Shown: piece after piece, positions 41,847-53,569 of the stretch
Position numbering within the stretch: the stretch's first letter is position 1
How the letters are laid out: each line of letters begins with the position of its first letter
From: Candidatus Marinacidobacterales bacterium
GTDB taxonomy: Bacteria; Acidobacteriota; Vicinamibacteria; Marinacidobacterales; DATDRI01
Length of the DNA: 64,000 nucleotides
Assembly: GCA_965219415.1 (NCBI GenBank)
Contig: CBDCNP010000002.1
Location: 2,016,001-2,080,000, forward strand
Direction: 5' to 3'
Notes under the pieces: generated by a model
The model's database searches: none
What the model saw: the letters and a program-made list of their open reading frames with translations, nothing else
What the model was told of the DNA's origin: nothing
Translations under genes and position numbers: made by a program

Positions 41847-42649
41847 TCGTCGGCACCGCGAAGGAAATGGACGTCCTCCGAATAAAGGGTTCGAACCTGG
41901 CCGTCGGGAAGTTGAACTTTCAGGCCTCCGTCTTCGGCGAGACCGCAGGTGGTGGCTTCGAACTCTTCCCCCTCCTTGTCTTGAACCTGCACTCGCATTC
42001 CTGCTTCCCCCCACGCGCGCTCTTCCCACGCGCGAAGGATGTCGGGAGATCTTTCGAGGCACCTGTCCCACCAGAATTCGAGTCGCTCGGCAAGAAAGGC
42101 CGCCACCTGCAAACGATCCTGAGGGCGACCGGTCTCGACCTTCAAAGAAGTCGCGATCGTTTCGAGCTCCTTGGGGAAACGCTCCGGCTCCTGGTTCACG
42201 TTGATGCCGAATCCTGCCACCACGTGGTCGGGGCGGCGGCCCGAAAAACTCGCCTCACATAAAATGCCTCCGACTTTGCGTCCCTTCACGAGAAGATCGT
42301 TGGGCCATCGGATGAGGGGATTCAGAGCGCTGGCGTCAACGATCGCTTCGGCGGCGGCGACCGAGGCGGCCGCGGGCAATAACGTCATGCTGAATTCTTC
42401 CTCCGGAGGCGGCCTCAGAAGAACACTCATGTAAAGCCCGCCCTCGAGGGAGCTCCACTCGCGGTTCCAACGCCCACGACCCGCGGACTGACGATCCGCG
42501 ATAACCACCGCGCCGTGCGGTGCATCCTTCCGCGCAAACATCAAAGCAAGATCGTTGGTCGAAACGGCGTCTTGGTAAGAGAGGACGCAACCTCCCAAGT
42601 GCCTTACCTTGCCGCGCTCTCTGAGCAAACGACCTAGAGAAGTCTCCAT
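41843..42649 (-). CDS. birA: Biotin--protein ligase
   Basis: STND, QSAGRGR, RWPND, KVGGILCE, GINVN. Confidence 0.94.
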   Translation of the reverse strand: METSLGRLLRERGKVRHLGGCVLSYQDAVSTNDLALMFARKDAPHGAVVIADRQSAGRGRWNREWSSLEGGLYMSVLLRPPPEEEFSMTLLPAAASVAAAEAIVDASALNPLIRWPNDLLVKGRKVGGILCEASFSGRRPDHVVAGFGINVNQEPERFPKELETIATSLKVETGRPQDRLQVAAFLAERLEFWWDRCLERSPDILRAWEERAWGEAGMRVQVQDKEGEEFEATTCGLAEDGGLKVQLPDGQVRTLYSEDVHFLRGADE

Positions 42650-42724
42650 CAGACTGGTGTGTCCCCTTTATCGGTCGTCGTGGGCCGGTACGAGACGAGG
42701 GGGCTGACCAGCACGATCAGTATG

Positions 42725-45379
42725 TCAGGCCGAATGGCGGAGGGCTCGGAGGCTCTCCTCCATTCTCTTCTTCTTCTCCTGGAGCAAGTCGTATTTTTCT
42801 TGAGCCGCTTGAACGACATCTGGGGTGGCCTTGGACGTAAAATCCGAGTTCGAGAGTTTCTTCGCGAGTCCCTCTAGCTCCTTCTCGATCCGACCCACAT
42901 CACGAGAAAGACGGCTGATCTCCGCGTCGCGATCGACGATGTCCGCCAACGCAATGGTTACTTGGACGTCGCCAACCATCTCGGTCACGGCACCGGCCAC
43001 TACCGGACCGTCCGCCGAGAGCACGAGGTCTGAGACCCCACCAAGAGGACATGACCAGCTCCCGATGAAATCCCAGAAGCCATTCCTTGTACGGATTCTC
43101 GGTCCCGACCGTGACCTGGATCTTTCTCGTCGCTTCGACATTGTATTCCGTTCGGAATCGTCGTACCACGTCGACAACACTCTTCAAAATGGCCATCTCA
43201 TCTTCCGCATCGGCGTCTTCCCACTCTGGGACGGGTCTCGGAAACTCGGCAAAGGTGAGCGAATCCCCGTGGTGGGGCAACGAATGCCAGATCTCCTCGG
43301 TCACGAAAGGCATGAAGGGATGAAGCAGACGCAGGCCCCACTCGAGAACGAGCTTCAATACCGGAAGAACGGCACGGCGATCCTCGTCTCCCAGACCGAA
43401 CCTCAAGACGTCCAGGTAGTCGCCGAGTAAATCTTCTTGGAGAAAGCGACCGAGCTCTTCGGCCGCCTTGTCGATTCGGTACTCCTCGAAGGCGCGCACC
43501 ACCGTACCGTTGACGCGGGAGCATCGGGAGAGAATCCAGCGGTCGAGTAACCCTCGCGATTGTGGATCTCCGGCAAACGTCTCTACAGAAGGCTCCAGCT
43601 GGGTCGACGCGAAACGAGCCGCACTCCACAGCTTCGTCGCCAAGACATGTGATTCGGCCAAGTTGAAATGGCTGATGAGAACATCGGCCGCCGGCAAAGC
43701 GCATCGGGCGAGCGCGAAACGCACCGCGTCGGCCCCGTAGCGTTCCACGACCTCGAGCGGGTCCACCACGTTACCTTTCGTCTTCGACATTTTCTGGCCC
43801 CGTTCGTCCTTGACGAGGGCGGTGACGTAAACCTCGCGGAACGGAACCTCCGACGTGAACAGCAATCCCATCATGAGCATTCGCGAGACCCACGGGAGGA
43901 CGATGTCAGGGCCGGTGACCAGGAGATCGGTTGGATAGTAGCGATGGTAGTCTTGGTCATCGGTGGGCCAACCGAGAGCGGCGAACGGCCAGAGGCTCGC
44001 GCTGAACCAAGTGTCGAGCACATCGGGGTCTTGGTGAAGCTCGGTACCGCCGCAGGTCTCGCACTTCGCGGGCTCCGCCTCCGATACGACAATGTGCTCT
44101 ACGCCGCCTTCACTTTCAGGGCGGCAGTACCAGGCAGGGATCGGATGCCCCCACCAAGACTGTCTGGAAATGCACCAGTCTTCGGCATGTCTTAGAGACT
44201 CGATGCATGCTTCGGCCCAGCCCTCGGGAACAAAACGCACCTTTCTCCGCTCCAGAGCTTCGATAGTTGGCCCGACCAAGGGTTTGCTGTGCACGAACCA
44301 CTGTGTGGAAAGCGTCGGCTCGACCAGGCTGTCGCACCTTTCGCGATAGCCCAGCTGGAGGCGCTCGGGTTTGGATCCCGCAAGAGCGTTGCGACGAACG
44401 GAGGTAGACGACGATCCCTTTGCGAGCCTTGAAACGGTCCAACCCGGCGAGGCGACCGGCGCCCTCGGTCATGACTCCCGTTTGGTCCAAGACGGCGAAC
44501 GGGAGGAGCCCATGCCTCACGCCGATCTGAAAATCATTCATGTCATGGGCGGGGCACACCGCGGTGACGCCGGTTCCGACGTTCCGGTTCACGAGTGAAT
44601 CGGCAACGATAGGAATCGCGCAGCCCACGAGTGGAAGAATTGCCCGACTGCCAATCAAGCCTTTGTGACGCTCGTCATCGGGATGAACCGCCAAGGCTTG
44701 TGCACCCAGAAGCGTTTCCGGCCTGCGCAGTGAAACCTCAACATGCGCGTCAGATCCGGCAAGCGCGAATCGCACCGTGTAGAGTTTCTCTTCGACGTCG
44801 CGATGGCGGATCTCTAATTCGGAAATGGCGGTCAGGCAGCGAGGGCAAGCGTGAACGATATGCTCGCCGCGATAGATGAGACCAGACCAACGAAGGCCGA
44901 TAAGACCGCGCTGGTCAGCTGAGGCTCGAGCGTGAAGCGCATTCTCGACCAGTCGAAGGACCCGCCCAGCTTCTTGAGCTGTCTCACGATGGTGGTGCCG
45001 CTCTCTTCTTTGAGCCTCCGGACTCGGTCCAAGAATGCTTCGCGGCCAAGTGTCCATCGATCCTGGCCCTCCTTGACCAGCTGACGCTCCACCACGTGCT
45101 GGGTGGCGATCCCGGCATGATCGATCCCCGGGAGCCATACGGTGTCGAAACCCTGCATACGTTTCCAGCGAACGATCACGTCTTGAAGTGTCATACCGAA
45201 GGCGTGCCCCATATGGAGTGCTCCGGTGACGTTGGGAGGGGGTAGAACCATCGAGAACGGGGTCGCGGAGGAGTCTCGGGGCGAGCTTCGAAAAAGCGCC
45301 GCTCGACCCAATAGGCGTACCAGCGACGCTCTAGCTCAGCGGCCTCGAATGTCTTGGGAAGGGGCGACTCCGGGTGCAT
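42725..45379 (-). CDS. valS: Valine--tRNA ligase, divergent and multiply frameshifted
   Basis: [59 protein letters not shown]-terminal coiled coil. Confidence 0.9.
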
Positions 45380-45434
45380 GGGGTGGTGAGTCAGGAAAAC
45401 GACTCTTCACCTAGTCGCGACAGAAGAAGTCGAA

Positions 45435-47228
45435 CTACTTGGGAATCTTGGCCTTGATCTCAGCGATCTCTTTTTGGATGAGAGCCTCCGCCAAATCGGG
45501 AACGACTTCCCAGGCAATTTCCTGAATCACCTTCTCGGAAAGTTGCGACAGGACTTTCTTCGCTATCTTGTCGGCTAGCTCATCCATATCCTTATCCCCA
45601 ATCCCCTCCGCAGACACGCCATCGCCACCAGGTGCTCCAGCGGACGAGACTCCTTGAGTCGAGCCTTCGGCAAGACCGGCAGGTGGGGAAGGCGTCTCGG
45701 GCAGACCGCCCGATGGGGGCACAGTGGGGGCGAGCTCGGCGAAAGGCTCGTCGTCTTGAGCTGGGTGAGCAGGCATAATCGGATCGGCCGGGGAAGCTCC
45801 CACCGATGCCGCCGGGGGAATCGGGTCCGGAGTGGAAGTTGGCACCGGCGATGTGGGCGTGGGAACAACTGGAACCGGCGGAACCGGCTCATCCATCGCG
45901 CCACTTCCGGCCTGCTCGGTGACTCCTGGAGGCGCTTGCTGGTCGGCGCTGAAGTCATCGAAACCACCGAAGTCTCCGAGAGGCGTGAGCTCCGGCTCTG
46001 CCGATTCGGCTCCTACAATACTACCGCCACTGCCAGTGCCGGCCGCCTGTCCAGATTGTCCAGATTGTCCAGATGAACCCGGCGGTTCAGGCTGCGCCGT
46101 TGGCGCGGGTTCGTCCGGCCCGGGGATCACCCAAGGGTTGTCCTCACCCGGGCCATCGGCCGAGGTAGTAGGAAGCTCGGTGAAACCGGCACTCGTCGGA
46201 ACGTCCTCGGGTCCCTGGACGTCCTTGCTCTCATGCGGATCGATGGTGTCGGGTGGCGTTAGGAACCCCGGAGGTTCCTGCGGGGCTTGAAGTGGCGGTG
46301 CTTCGGGCGTCGGGGGAGGCTCGGGAGCCACCGGAGCCGACATCATGACCGTCTGGCTCTCTTCATCGACAGCCGGCACAACCGGGGGAGCCGGAGGTGC
46401 CGTGGGAACGGCTGGAGCCGGAGGAGCTGGTTCGCTCGGGGCATTCTGGACTTCGTTCCAGATGTCGTCGGAGGAACCGCCGGAAGGTTCTTGGCCTAGA
46501 AACATCGTGCGATCATCGGAATCCACCGATAGCTCACGTTCTCCCGCTTCGACCGCAAAATTCTCTTGGAATCCTGCGCCCTCCGGCGGAGCCGCCGGCT
46601 CGGGGCTGGCCGGCGGTACATCAGGTGCAGAGGAAACGGGGGCAACAGGAGCAGGCGGAGCCTCTGGCGCCGGAGTGGCCGCGGGAGGAGAACCTCCTCC
46701 CATGTCGGGTGATGACATCATGACCGTCGCGTCCTCGGGTTCATTCGCGGATGGCGCGGATGGCACGGCCGCGGGAGGTGCGGGTGTTCCCGGTGTCACC
46801 GTTGCCGTTTCCTGAGGCGCCGGCTCGCTGGCCGGCATTCCAGGGCTCGGTGCCTGAGCGGGCGCGGTCAAAAGCTCCTTCACCTTAGAAATCAGCGTCT
46901 GTGGCTCGAAGGGCTTCGCCAAGAAACCATCACAGCCAGCCTGTTTGGCCCGCTCCTGATCGAACGGCTCGAAGGCTCCGGTAAGGAGCAGCACAGGAAT
47001 ATGTTTCAGATCGTCGCTGGTCTTGATGTGCTCGCAGACCTCATAGCCACTCTTTTCCGGCATGATGATGTCGCAGAGGACAATGTCCGGCTTCACAGTC
47101 CGGATCTCCTCGATGGCCTTCTGCCCGTTGCCGACGGTATGGAGCTCGAAATCTTCGTCCGTGAAGGTCAGCTCGATGACCTTCTGTATAGTGATGCTAT
47201 CGTCGGCGAGCAGGATCTTGTGTCCCAT
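45435..47228 (-). CDS. RomR-like response regulator (REC, Pro-rich linker, conserved helical tail)
   Basis: LADDSITIQKVIELTF..KPF; tail VIQEIAWEVVPDLAEALIQKEI; directly upstream of valS. Confidence 0.85.
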   Translation of the reverse strand: MGHKILLADDSITIQKVIELTFTDEDFELHTVGNGQKAIEEIRTVKPDIVLCDIIMPEKSGYEVCEHIKTSDDLKHIPVLLLTGAFEPFDQERAKQAGCDGFLAKPFEPQTLISKVKELLTAPAQAPSPGMPASEPAPQETATVTPGTPAPPAAVPSAPSANEPEDATVMMSSPDMGGGSPPAATPAPEAPPAPVAPVSSAPDVPPASPEPAAPPEGAGFQENFAVEAGERELSVDSDDRTMFLGQEPSGGSSDDIWNEVQNAPSEPAPPAPAVPTAPPAPPVVPAVDEESQTVMMSAPVAPEPPPTPEAPPLQAPQEPPGFLTPPDTIDPHESKDVQGPEDVPTSAGFTELPTTSADGPGEDNPWVIPGPDEPAPTAQPEPPGSSGQSGQSGQAAGTGSGGSIVGAESAEPELTPLGDFGGFDDFSADQQAPPGVTEQAGSGAMDEPVPPVPVVPTPTSPVPTSTPDPIPPAASVGASPADPIMPAHPAQDDEPFAELAPTVPPSGGLPETPSPPAGLAEGSTQGVSSAGAPGGDGVSAEGIGDKDMDELADKIAKKVLSQLSEKVIQEIAWEVVPDLAEALIQKEIAEIKAKIPK

Positions 47229-47425
47229 CGCCCCTCCTAGCGGCTCCTAAGATGCAACGCAGTAAGCCGGAATTGTTTAGTTTTTCGGACAATCGCCACG
47301 TCGAAATTCTAGAAAGACTATCATGACGCGCCGAAACTGTCAAGTGGGGACGGGTCGTAATCCCTTTCGTACCTGTGGGATAGACTCACAGACCGGGTCC
47401 GACGCGCTGGCGGGGGATTTCCCCC

Positions 47426-47839
47426 TCAGGCAGCGGCTAGCTTCTGGCGCAAGAAGTCGACGACGGTGTCCAAATGGCTCCCAGGCTGGAACACCTGGGA
47501 AACACCGAGCTTGCGCAGATGCGGTATGTCCTGATCGGGAATGATGCCTCCGACGAACACCACAACGTCACCCATGCCCTTTTCCTTCAGTAGCTCCATG
47601 ACCTTGCCCAGCAGATAGTTATGCGCTCCGGAGAGAATCGATATCCCGATCGCTTTGACGTCCTCTTGAAGCGCCGCCTCCACGATCTGCTCCGGAGTTT
47701 GGCGGAGTCCCGTGTACACGACTTCCATCCCGGCATCGCGGAGCGCCCGCGCAACGACGAGTGCGCCACGGTCGTGTCCGTCCAGGCCGGGCTTGGCAAT
47801 GAGAACTCTTGCCGGTGTGAAATGAGTCTTCGCAGGCAT
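47426..47839 (-). CDS. Stand-alone cobalamin-binding subunit of an acyl-CoA mutase
   Basis: [24 protein letters not shown]. Confidence 0.95.
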   Translation of the reverse strand: MPAKTHFTPARVLIAKPGLDGHDRGALVVARALRDAGMEVVYTGLRQTPEQIVEAALQEDVKAIGISILSGAHNYLLGKVMELLKEKGMGDVVVFVGGIIPDQDIPHLRKLGVSQVFQPGSHLDTVVDFLRQKLAAA

Positions 47840-47853
47840 GATGAACCGGGATC

Positions 47854-50800
47854 TTACATGGCGCGGCGGTACTGGCCCCCCACCTCATAGAGAGCGTGAG
47901 TAATCTGGCCCAGGCTCGCGACTCGAACCGTATCCATCAACGCCGCAAACACGTTGCCCTCGGAAAGGGCTTCATTCTTTAACCGATCCAAGGCTTTCCG
48001 TGCCTCGGCGCGATTTCGATCGTGGAAGGCGCGAAGATTGTCGATCTGCCGACGTTTCTCCTCCGTCGTGGCGCGGGCCAACTCAACATCGCGCGGGGCC
48101 AAATCTTGATGAGATTCGGGATCGACGAACGCGTTTACCCCGACAATGGGAATTTCTCCGCTATCCTTCTTCAGCTCATACAGTAGCGATTCCTCCTGAA
48201 TGCAGCTTCGCTGATACTGCAATTCCATTGCCCCTAGCACCCCTCCCCGCTCGTTCAGCCGATCGAACTCAGCGAGCACTGCTTCCTCCACCAGGTCGGT
48301 TAACTCCTCCATGAAGTAAGAGCCCTGCAAAGGATTCTCGTTCAAGCTAACACCGAACTCACGGTTGATGATCTGCTGGATGGCCATCGCACGACGCACA
48401 GATTCGGCGGTGGGTGTCGTGATGGCCTCGTTATAGGCGTTGGTATGTAGAGAATTGCAGTTGTCGTACACTGCGGTGAGTGCCTGCAACGTGGTGCGGA
48501 TATCGTTGAACTGAATCTCTTGAGAATGCAGGGAGCGCCCAGAGGTTTGTATGTGGTACTTGAACATCTGGCTGCGCTCGTCGGCACCGTATCGCTCTTT
48601 CATCGTGCGCGACCAGATGCGCCGAGACACCCGCCCCATCACCGAGTACTCGGGATCCAGTCCGTTGCTGAAGAAGAAAGAGAGGTTGGGGGCGAGCTCA
48701 TCGATCTTCATCCCTCGAGCCAAGTAGTACTCGACGTAGGTGAATCCATTCGCCAACGTGAAGGCGAGCTGCGTTATCGGGTTAGCACCGGCTTCGGCGA
48801 TATGGTAGCCGGATATCGAGACCGAATAGAAGTTGCGCACGTTTTCGTCAATGAAGTACTGCTGGACGTCGCCCATCAGTTTCAGCGAGAACTCCGTCGA
48901 GAAGATGCAAGTGTTCTGAGCTTGGTCTTCTTTGAGAATGTCCGCCTGCACGGTTCCCCGCACGACGTTCAAAGTTTCTCGTCGTATACGCTCGAGCTCT
49001 TTCGATTTTGGTTCCCGACTTTCTTTTTCGCGGAACTTCTCCACCTCCTGGTCAAGAGCGGTGTTGAAGAACATGGCAAGGATGGTCGGTGCGGGGCCGT
49101 TGACCGTCATCGAGACGCTGGTCGATGGACTGGTCAGCTCGAACCCCGCGTAGAGCTTCTTCATGTCGTCGAGGGTGGCAATGGAAACACCGCCCTCGCC
49201 GATCTTTCCGTAGATGTCCGGCCGCTCGTGCGGATCCTCGCCGTACAGCGTGACGCTATCAAAGGCAGTGGAGAGGCGTTTTGCTTCGTCGTTGCGACTC
49301 AAGAAATGAAAACGCCGGTTCGTCCGCTCCGGCCCGCCTTCCCCGGCAAACTGCCGTCGCGGCGACTCCTCTTTGCGCTTGAACGGATAGACCCCAGCCG
49401 TGTAGGGAAACGATCCGGGCAGGTTTTCCTTGAGCTGAAATTTGAGGATCTCACCCCAGTCTTCGAAGCGGGGGAGAGCCACCCGGGGTACTCGGGTGCG
49501 GGAGAAGGTCTCGGTGCTTGTCGGAACTTCAACTTTTCGATCTCGAACCCCGAAGGAAAACGTTTCTTCCTCATAGGATCGACGGAGTTCCCCCCAACCC
49601 TGGATGAGGTCCCAGCACGCGGGGTCCAATTCGCTCCGTAGCGCTTCGAATCGGCTGTTGATCCCGTGCCGCACTCCATCGTCCTCGCACTCCCGCCTGG
49701 CCCCATCGAGTTGGTAGAGGCGTCGCGCCACCACGACTTGCTTCTCTACCCAATCTCGCTTGGTGCGAAGCGCCTCGGCGATCTCGCCTAGGTACCGCAC
49801 TCGGGATTCTGGGATGATCGGGTGCCGCTCTCCAGTGACGACACCATCCGGAACCGTCAGGGAGGACTTCAGCGGACGATTCAGTTGTTCACGCAAGCTG
49901 TTCAACAAGGCCAGGTAGAGTGCGGTGACCCCACGGTCGCCGAATTGGCTGGCGATCGTGCCGAAGACGGGCATTCGCGAGGCCTCCACTTCGCGTGGGA
50001 AGTCCCTGGTGCGGCGAATCTGCCTACGCACGTCGCGCAGTGCGTCTTCGCTGCCTCGTCGATCGAATTTGTTGATAGCGATCAGGTCCGCATGATCGAG
50101 CATGTCGATCTTCTCGAGCTGTGACGGGGCCCCGTACTCCGACGTCATCACGTAGAGACTCACGTCAGATATGTCCACCACCGCCGATGCCCCCTGTCCG
50201 ATTCCGCTCGTCTCGACGAAAATTATCTCGAAGCCCGAGGCCTTGAGTATTTGGATGGCCTGCCTCGTGGCCTCGGAAAGCTCAGCGCTCGCGCCACGGG
50301 TGGCCAGGCTTCGCATGTAGATGCCGGGATGATTGATGGCGTTCATGCGGATACGATCACCCAAAAGGGCTCCGCCCGACTTTCGCTTCGAGGGATCGAC
50401 CGACAGGATTCCGACCCGCAATTCGGGGAAATCCATCGCCAGCCGCCATATGAGCTCATCGGTAAGAGAGCTCTTGCCTGCGCCACCGGTCCCGGTGATA
50501 CCCACCACGGGAACGGTGCGCTCGGCGGCTTTCTCTTGAAGCTCCTTGGCCCATGAGGCCGAAATGCGGGGCCCGGCGCCATTGAGCTCGGCCAGCGTGA
50601 TGAGGCGAGCCAGCACGGAAACCGTGTTACTTCCGAACTTTGCAAGATCTCCATCCAGGGAAGGTGGCTTGAGAGGAAAGTCCGCCGCCCGCAACATGTC
50701 GTTGATGATGCCTTTGAGTCCAGAGCGTCGGCCGTCTTCAGGCGAATAGATCTTGGTGACGCCGTAATCTTCGAGGGCTTGAATCTCGCTGGGCACGATG

Positions 50801-51111
50801 ACGCCGCCGCCACCGCCGAAGACCTTGACGTGAGGAGCGCCACGTTCTCGCAACCGATCGACGAGGTAGCGGAAGAACTCGTTGTGCCCGCCCTGATAGG
50901 AACTGACCGCCACCGCCTGAACGTCTTCTTCGATAACGGAGTCCACGATCTCGGCCACCGACCGATTGTGGCCCAGGTGAATCACCTCCGCGCCGCCGCG
51001 CTGCAGGAGGCGACGAACGATGCTGATCGATGCGTCGTGACCATCGAACAGTGAGGCCGCGGTGACGAACCGGACCTTATTTTGTGGAACGTAATTGGAT
51101 GTCTCAGGCAT
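47854..51111 (-). CDS. icmF: Fused isobutyryl-CoA mutase / GTPase chaperone
   Basis: FDGHDAS B12 domain, GTGGAGKSS and LLGDRIRM GTPase, [13 protein letters not shown] mutase barrel, GGQYRRAM end. Confidence 0.96.
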   Translation of the reverse strand: MPETSNYVPQNKVRFVTAASLFDGHDASISIVRRLLQRGGAEVIHLGHNRSVAEIVDSVIEEDVQAVAVSSYQGGHNEFFRYLVDRLRERGAPHVKVFGGGGGVIVPSEIQALEDYGVTKIYSPEDGRRSGLKGIINDMLRAADFPLKPPSLDGDLAKFGSNTVSVLARLITLAELNGAGPRISASWAKELQEKAAERTVPVVGITGTGGAGKSSLTDELIWRLAMDFPELRVGILSVDPSKRKSGGALLGDRIRMNAINHPGIYMRSLATRGASAELSEATRQAIQILKASGFEIIFVETSGIGQGASAVVDISDVSLYVMTSEYGAPSQLEKIDMLDHADLIAINKFDRRGSEDALRDVRRQIRRTRDFPREVEASRMPVFGTIASQFGDRGVTALYLALLNSLREQLNRPLKSSLTVPDGVVTGERHPIIPESRVRYLGEIAEALRTKRDWVEKQVVVARRLYQLDGARRECEDDGVRHGINSRFEALRSELDPACWDLIQGWGELRRSYEEETFSFGVRDRKVEVPTSTETFSRTRVPRVALPRFEDWGEILKFQLKENLPGSFPYTAGVYPFKRKEESPRRQFAGEGGPERTNRRFHFLSRNDEAKRLSTAFDSVTLYGEDPHERPDIYGKIGEGGVSIATLDDMKKLYAGFELTSPSTSVSMTVNGPAPTILAMFFNTALDQEVEKFREKESREPKSKELERIRRETLNVVRGTVQADILKEDQAQNTCIFSTEFSLKLMGDVQQYFIDENVRNFYSVSISGYHIAEAGANPITQLAFTLANGFTYVEYYLARGMKIDELAPNLSFFFSNGLDPEYSVMGRVSRRIWSRTMKERYGADERSQMFKYHIQTSGRSLHSQEIQFNDIRTTLQALTAVYDNCNSLHTNAYNEAITTPTAESVRRAMAIQQIINREFGVSLNENPLQGSYFMEELTDLVEEAVLAEFDRLNERGGVLGAMELQYQRSCIQEESLLYELKKDSGEIPIVGVNAFVDPESHQDLAPRDVELARATTEEKRRQIDNLRAFHDRNRAEARKALDRLKNEALSEGNVFAALMDTVRVASLGQITHALYEVGGQYRRAM

Positions 51112-51127
51112 TTTCTGTATTAGTGCT

Positions 51128-51195
51128 CCCGCCTTCGCCCTCTGGGCTTCGGCGGGTCCGCCGAAGTCTCCCACGGAGGACCGGACGAAGGCGGA
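51128..51195. repeat. REP-like palindromic element, copy C
   Basis: CCCGCCTTCG..CTTCGGCGGGTCCGCCGAAGT..ACGAAGGCGGA. Confidence 0.65.
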
Positions 51196-51300
51196 CGCTC
51201 GGCCTTTCTTCAGGAAGGAAGGCAGGTCAAATCATTGAAATGAAACGCCTTCTCTAACAATCATAGTCAGCGGGCACTCGCGGTGTCAACCTCACGTGGC

Positions 51301-53185
51301 TCACTCGCCGTAGTCGACGCTATAGACGGGCAGGGATCCCGCCAACCCCTTGAACTTGGCATCGCCCACGTACCGCAGTCCTACCGTCTTCTTGACGCTC
51401 GGATCGTAGAACTCTCCGTAGAGATCCTGTATCTCGTCATGGTGGGTGAGTGGCAACACCTCCTCGACGGCGCGGACGGTCTCTCGGCTGACTGCGATGC
51501 CCTCGTTGAAGAGAGTACCCCTTCCATCAATTCTCACGAGCCCCCTCCCCCTCTCCCTCTCCCTTGTCGGACTGGCCGCTCGCGTCCTCACCCTCGGAGT
51601 CCTCGGGCCCGTTGTCGGCCGCCTTCTGGTCCACTTTTGAGGCCGAGGATAGGCGGCCCGCCACGTTGACGTTTCGTCCGATCACGGTGGTATCTTGGCC
51701 ACCAGAGCTTCCAATGAAGTGAGCGAGATAGACCCGGCCATGATGGATGCTTACGCCCATAGTGAAATCCGTCTGACCTTCCTTCCGTAGCTCCGCAATT
51801 TTCTCCTGCAACAGGATCGCCGTTCGGAGCGCGTTCAGCGCCCCGTAGCGGGAGCTATGGCCGGCGCCAAAGGTGATCATCATCCCGTCGCCGAGAAACT
51901 TATCGACCTCGCCACCGAAACGATCGATGATCTCGATGAACCGATCGAAAACCGCGTAGAGCTCCCGCGTGAGATCACGCTCCGAGACCAAACCCTCGGA
52001 GGTCTTCGTGAATCCGCGCAAATCCAAAAACATCACGGTCGCGTTGACCGCGTTGCCGCTGACCTCCACCGACTCGGAGTAACGGTAGAAACGAACCGGC
52101 CCGAACTGCTCGTTAACCTGCGTTTCGGTCGTGACGGAAGGAATCAATCGAATGTGGTCTCGCACGTGAGATATGATCTCGAATCTCCGCACGGCGTGTG
52201 CCAGCTCGTCGAACGCGTCCAGCAGCGTCAACGGATTGACTCCCGCATCCACTTGAGCTTTGAATACACGAGAGTGCGTCAACTTGTTTCCTAACTCCCA
52301 GACGTCGGAAAGAAGATGTCGCCGCATCTCCGCGTTGAACAGCATTCTCGTCATGTGGGCAGGGAGGAGATAGCTTTCTCTCTCTACCGACGGAAGATGG
52401 CGAGCCACCTTTGACAAGAAAAGCGGATCTTCCGTTAGCACCCGCGCCTCGATTTCCTTATAGAGAAGATCGTAAATCTCCGAGAAGACTTCGACCGAAA
52501 TACGGTAGCGGCTGTTGTTGGCGAGAATGGCCGCGAAATCCACCTCCCCCACATCGGTGAGGGCCAAAGGCAGTTGGTCATCGATGATGGCGTCGGCCAG
52601 CGAGACCTGGACGTAACGGCCCAGTAGGAATCTCAAGAACCCCGGGCGGCCTTGTTCGACCTGCCGGCAGGCAGCCTGCCAAACGTTACGGAGAAAACTC
52701 GCCAACAGAAGATGGATGGCGAACCTCGCCCGCTGCAAAGTCGGCGTCGCCGCGGTGAGGCGGGCCATCACCTCCGCTATCTCTTTGGAGTGAGACAGCC
52801 AGAATAAATTTACCAGTCCGACGCGCCGATCTTGCATGAGGGAGTTGACCAGCGTGCGTTCGAGCAAGCCGGCGTAATCCTCTTCGGCCCGGACAGGGGC
52901 GGGGCCGACGCCTTCTCGGTTCGCTTCCGGACAAAGCTCCAGCAGAAGATGAGTCAGGTAACCCTGGGCGAATCCTTGCAGGTGGGGATGATGCTGAACG
53001 TAATAGACGACTTCTTCCCGGCCTTCTTCATGGCGTACTCGTCACCCCTGGTAAAGGGTTTCGCCCCGACGCGGTTCATCGAGGGCACCCGGGAAGAAGC
53101 GGAGCGGCTCCTAGGGGGTAGCCTACCTCCTCTTCCCGCTGGTGAGCTCGCCGAGCGGGCCTCCTGGGGGCCTCCCCGAAAATGA
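51301..53185 (-). CDS. Class III adenylate cyclase domain protein (frameshifted; start uncertain)
   Basis: FLDLRGFT, DKFLGDG, TVIGRNVNVAGRL, C-terminal FKG. Confidence 0.85.
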
Positions 53186-53202
53186 CGAGCGCGCCCGGCG
53201 CT

Positions 53203-53484
53203 CTATTGTTCGTTGTTGATAAGCTCTTTGAGTTCCTTACCCGGCTTGAAATAAGGGACCTTCTTGGCGGGTACGTCTACTCTCTCACCGGTCTTCGGGT
53301 TGCGTCCCTTGCGCGACTCCCGCTGCCGGATTCGAAAGCTCCCGAAGCCGCGGAGCTCGATCTTATCGCCCCGGTGCAGAGCACTGATGATGCTCTTGAA
53401 GACGGTGTCCACGATAATCTCGGAGTGTTTCTTCGTGAGATCCGAGACCCTGGAAACCTCTTCGATCAATTCGGCTTTAGTCAT
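53203..53484 (-). CDS. ihfB: Integration host factor beta / HU family protein
   Basis: MTKAELI, IELRGFGSF, GRNPKTG, YFKPGKELKE; follows rpsA. Confidence 0.9.
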   Translation of the reverse strand: MTKAELIEEVSRVSDLTKKHSEIIVDTVFKSIISALHRGDKIELRGFGSFRIRQRESRKGRNPKTGERVDVPAKKVPYFKPGKELKELINNEQ

Positions 53485-53569
53485 CTTCCACGACTCCTTG
53501 TTTGTCCCCAGTTAATTTTGCAATCTAGCTAGGTTCTACTCAAGGTTTGCCAAGACCGAAGGCAAACGG

